A DNA stretch of 64,000 nt, from IMG/VR virus record IMGVR_UViG_3300005613_000001, positions 124,001-188,000 of that record. The stretch is one strand, 5' to 3'. Made by a program: the position numbers and the translations under genes. Of this stretch, positions 62,878 to 64,000 are shown piece by piece. Under the pieces are notes generated by a model. The model saw nothing but the letters and a program-made list of their open reading frames with translations, was not told the origin of the DNA and did no database searches. Each line of letters begins with the position of its first letter. Position 1 is the first letter of the stretch.

Positions 62878-63096
62878 TTAAGTTTCTTGAACAAATTCCG
62901 TGTTTCCCACATCCACCAGACCATCATCTGGTCCAAACCTTCGTCCCTTCGGGGGTTCCGGTGGGGGCATTGATGTAAGAATGCTGTATAGGTCTCCTAT
63001 GCCCTCAGTATTCCTAACAACAAGCGCTCCAATCATAATGATTGAAAGCAAATTTAAAACACACAATATCAAAATAATTACAATTAAAGTTATCAT
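62878..63096 (-). CDS. Small membrane protein
   Basis: N-terminal TM helix. Confidence 0.55.
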   Translation of the reverse strand: MITLIVIILILCVLNLLSIIMIGALVVRNTEGIGDLYSILTSMPPPEPPKGRRFGPDDGLVDVGNTEFVQET

Positions 63097-63111
63097 AAAA
63101 TTAAAATAGTA

Positions 63112-63993
63112 TCAAGTAAGTAAAACATCCTTGGGTATAATTTGGCTAATATCCAACCTCGGCGTGGCAGACCCAACACCCTGCTGGGAAATTTCTATCT
63201 TTAAATACGGATCAAGTAGCCACTCAGGAGATTTAAATAAACCGATATTATCGAAACACACATTAAGTTGTCCATTAATATTTGAGGCGGTGGTTGTCTC
63301 TATAATTGCATGAGTTTCAGTATTCAACATAAAACTGAAGACCAAATTCAATCCTGGGGGGCATACCTCTTCTGGAATAAATGCCATCAAAATCCTTGTG
63401 TCGAAATCCTCACCTGTTGTAATATTTTTCCTCTTGATGTATACACTGAACTTCCACACTTCAACGCCTAATTCCGTAGTGCCACTTCGCCTCACTTCTC
63501 CGACATCTACACCACCAACATCAGTTACACAGGCCCATTCAATCAAAATGGTCCAAGTTTCGGTGGAATTCCCATCCTCTCCCACTCCGCTATAATGTTG
63601 ATTAACTTGCCATGACTCATTCCCAGCGTTGTAAATTAAATTCATCACACTAGAAATTTGAAGTCCATTTCTTGTTAAAAATTGCGATAGTTTATTTGTA
63701 TCCTCTAAGTTGTGCCTTGCTTGAACAACCACAGGAACCAATTCGCATTCACAAGCTTCCCGAACTACTGCTGTTGATTCCTCTAGATCTTCACCATCAT
63801 CATCTTGGAACACAGCCTGCAAATCGCTATATTGAGTATAAAATGCCACATTGCTTACAAACTCACCAAGATATACAGTGGCATCCGATTCCCCTTCTGC
63901 ATCAATTTCTATATCAATAATTTCATCTTGAGTGTAACCACTAGAAGAAAATTCGCCCGGTGATGAAATTTCAATATCGCCAAATTCATCCAT
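63112..63993 (-). CDS. Acidic hypothetical protein
   Basis: 293-aa ORF. Confidence 0.55.
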   Translation of the reverse strand: MDEFGDIEISSPGEFSSSGYTQDEIIDIEIDAEGESDATVYLGEFVSNVAFYTQYSDLQAVFQDDDGEDLEESTAVVREACECELVPVVVQARHNLEDTNKLSQFLTRNGLQISSVMNLIYNAGNESWQVNQHYSGVGEDGNSTETWTILIEWACVTDVGGVDVGEVRRSGTTELGVEVWKFSVYIKRKNITTGEDFDTRILMAFIPEEVCPPGLNLVFSFMLNTETHAIIETTTASNINGQLNVCFDNIGLFKSPEWLLDPYLKIEISQQGVGSATPRLDISQIIPKDVLLT

Positions 63994-64000
63994 TCCAAAA

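Noticed and set aside
269-63920. Most short plus-strand ORFs antisense to long minus-strand genes
   Set aside because: Shadow ORFs; no RBS or motifs, and fully overlapped by supported genes

Overview
This looks like part of a large (jumbo-type) lytic phage genome, AT-rich with nearly all genes on the minus strand. The host is plausibly Planctomycetota, inferred only from the style of its CsrA and ClpC N-domain homologues. It carries about 40 tRNA genes in two main clusters (10.3-13.8 kb and 32.1-44.0 kb), interleaved with HNH endonucleases, small ORFs and several tRNA-like or otherwise structured RNAs. Other modules are a glycan/sulfation island (14.6-34 kb), a ubiquitin-like conjugation cassette (Ubl, E1, JAB, E2-like; 49.2-54 kb) and translation/transcription factors (IF-1, CsrA, Pth2, sigma). 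The top candidate for an undescribed system is a pair of leader-peptide attenuators. Each sits upstream of one tRNA cluster, and its codons enumerate the tRNAs of that cluster. The hairpin logic predicts read-through when the ribosome stalls, i.e. a 'tRNA census' sensor. Other notable items are a 23S rRNA GTPase-centre (H42-44) mimic inside a tRNA cluster, circularly permuted tRNA-like modules, class-I-anticodon tRNAs with long V-arms, tRNA-Pyl-shaped compact tRNAs, an apparently translocated 3.1-kb block that splits two genes, and an over-represented CCGCCTC motif. All structures and counts were read by eye; no searches were run.
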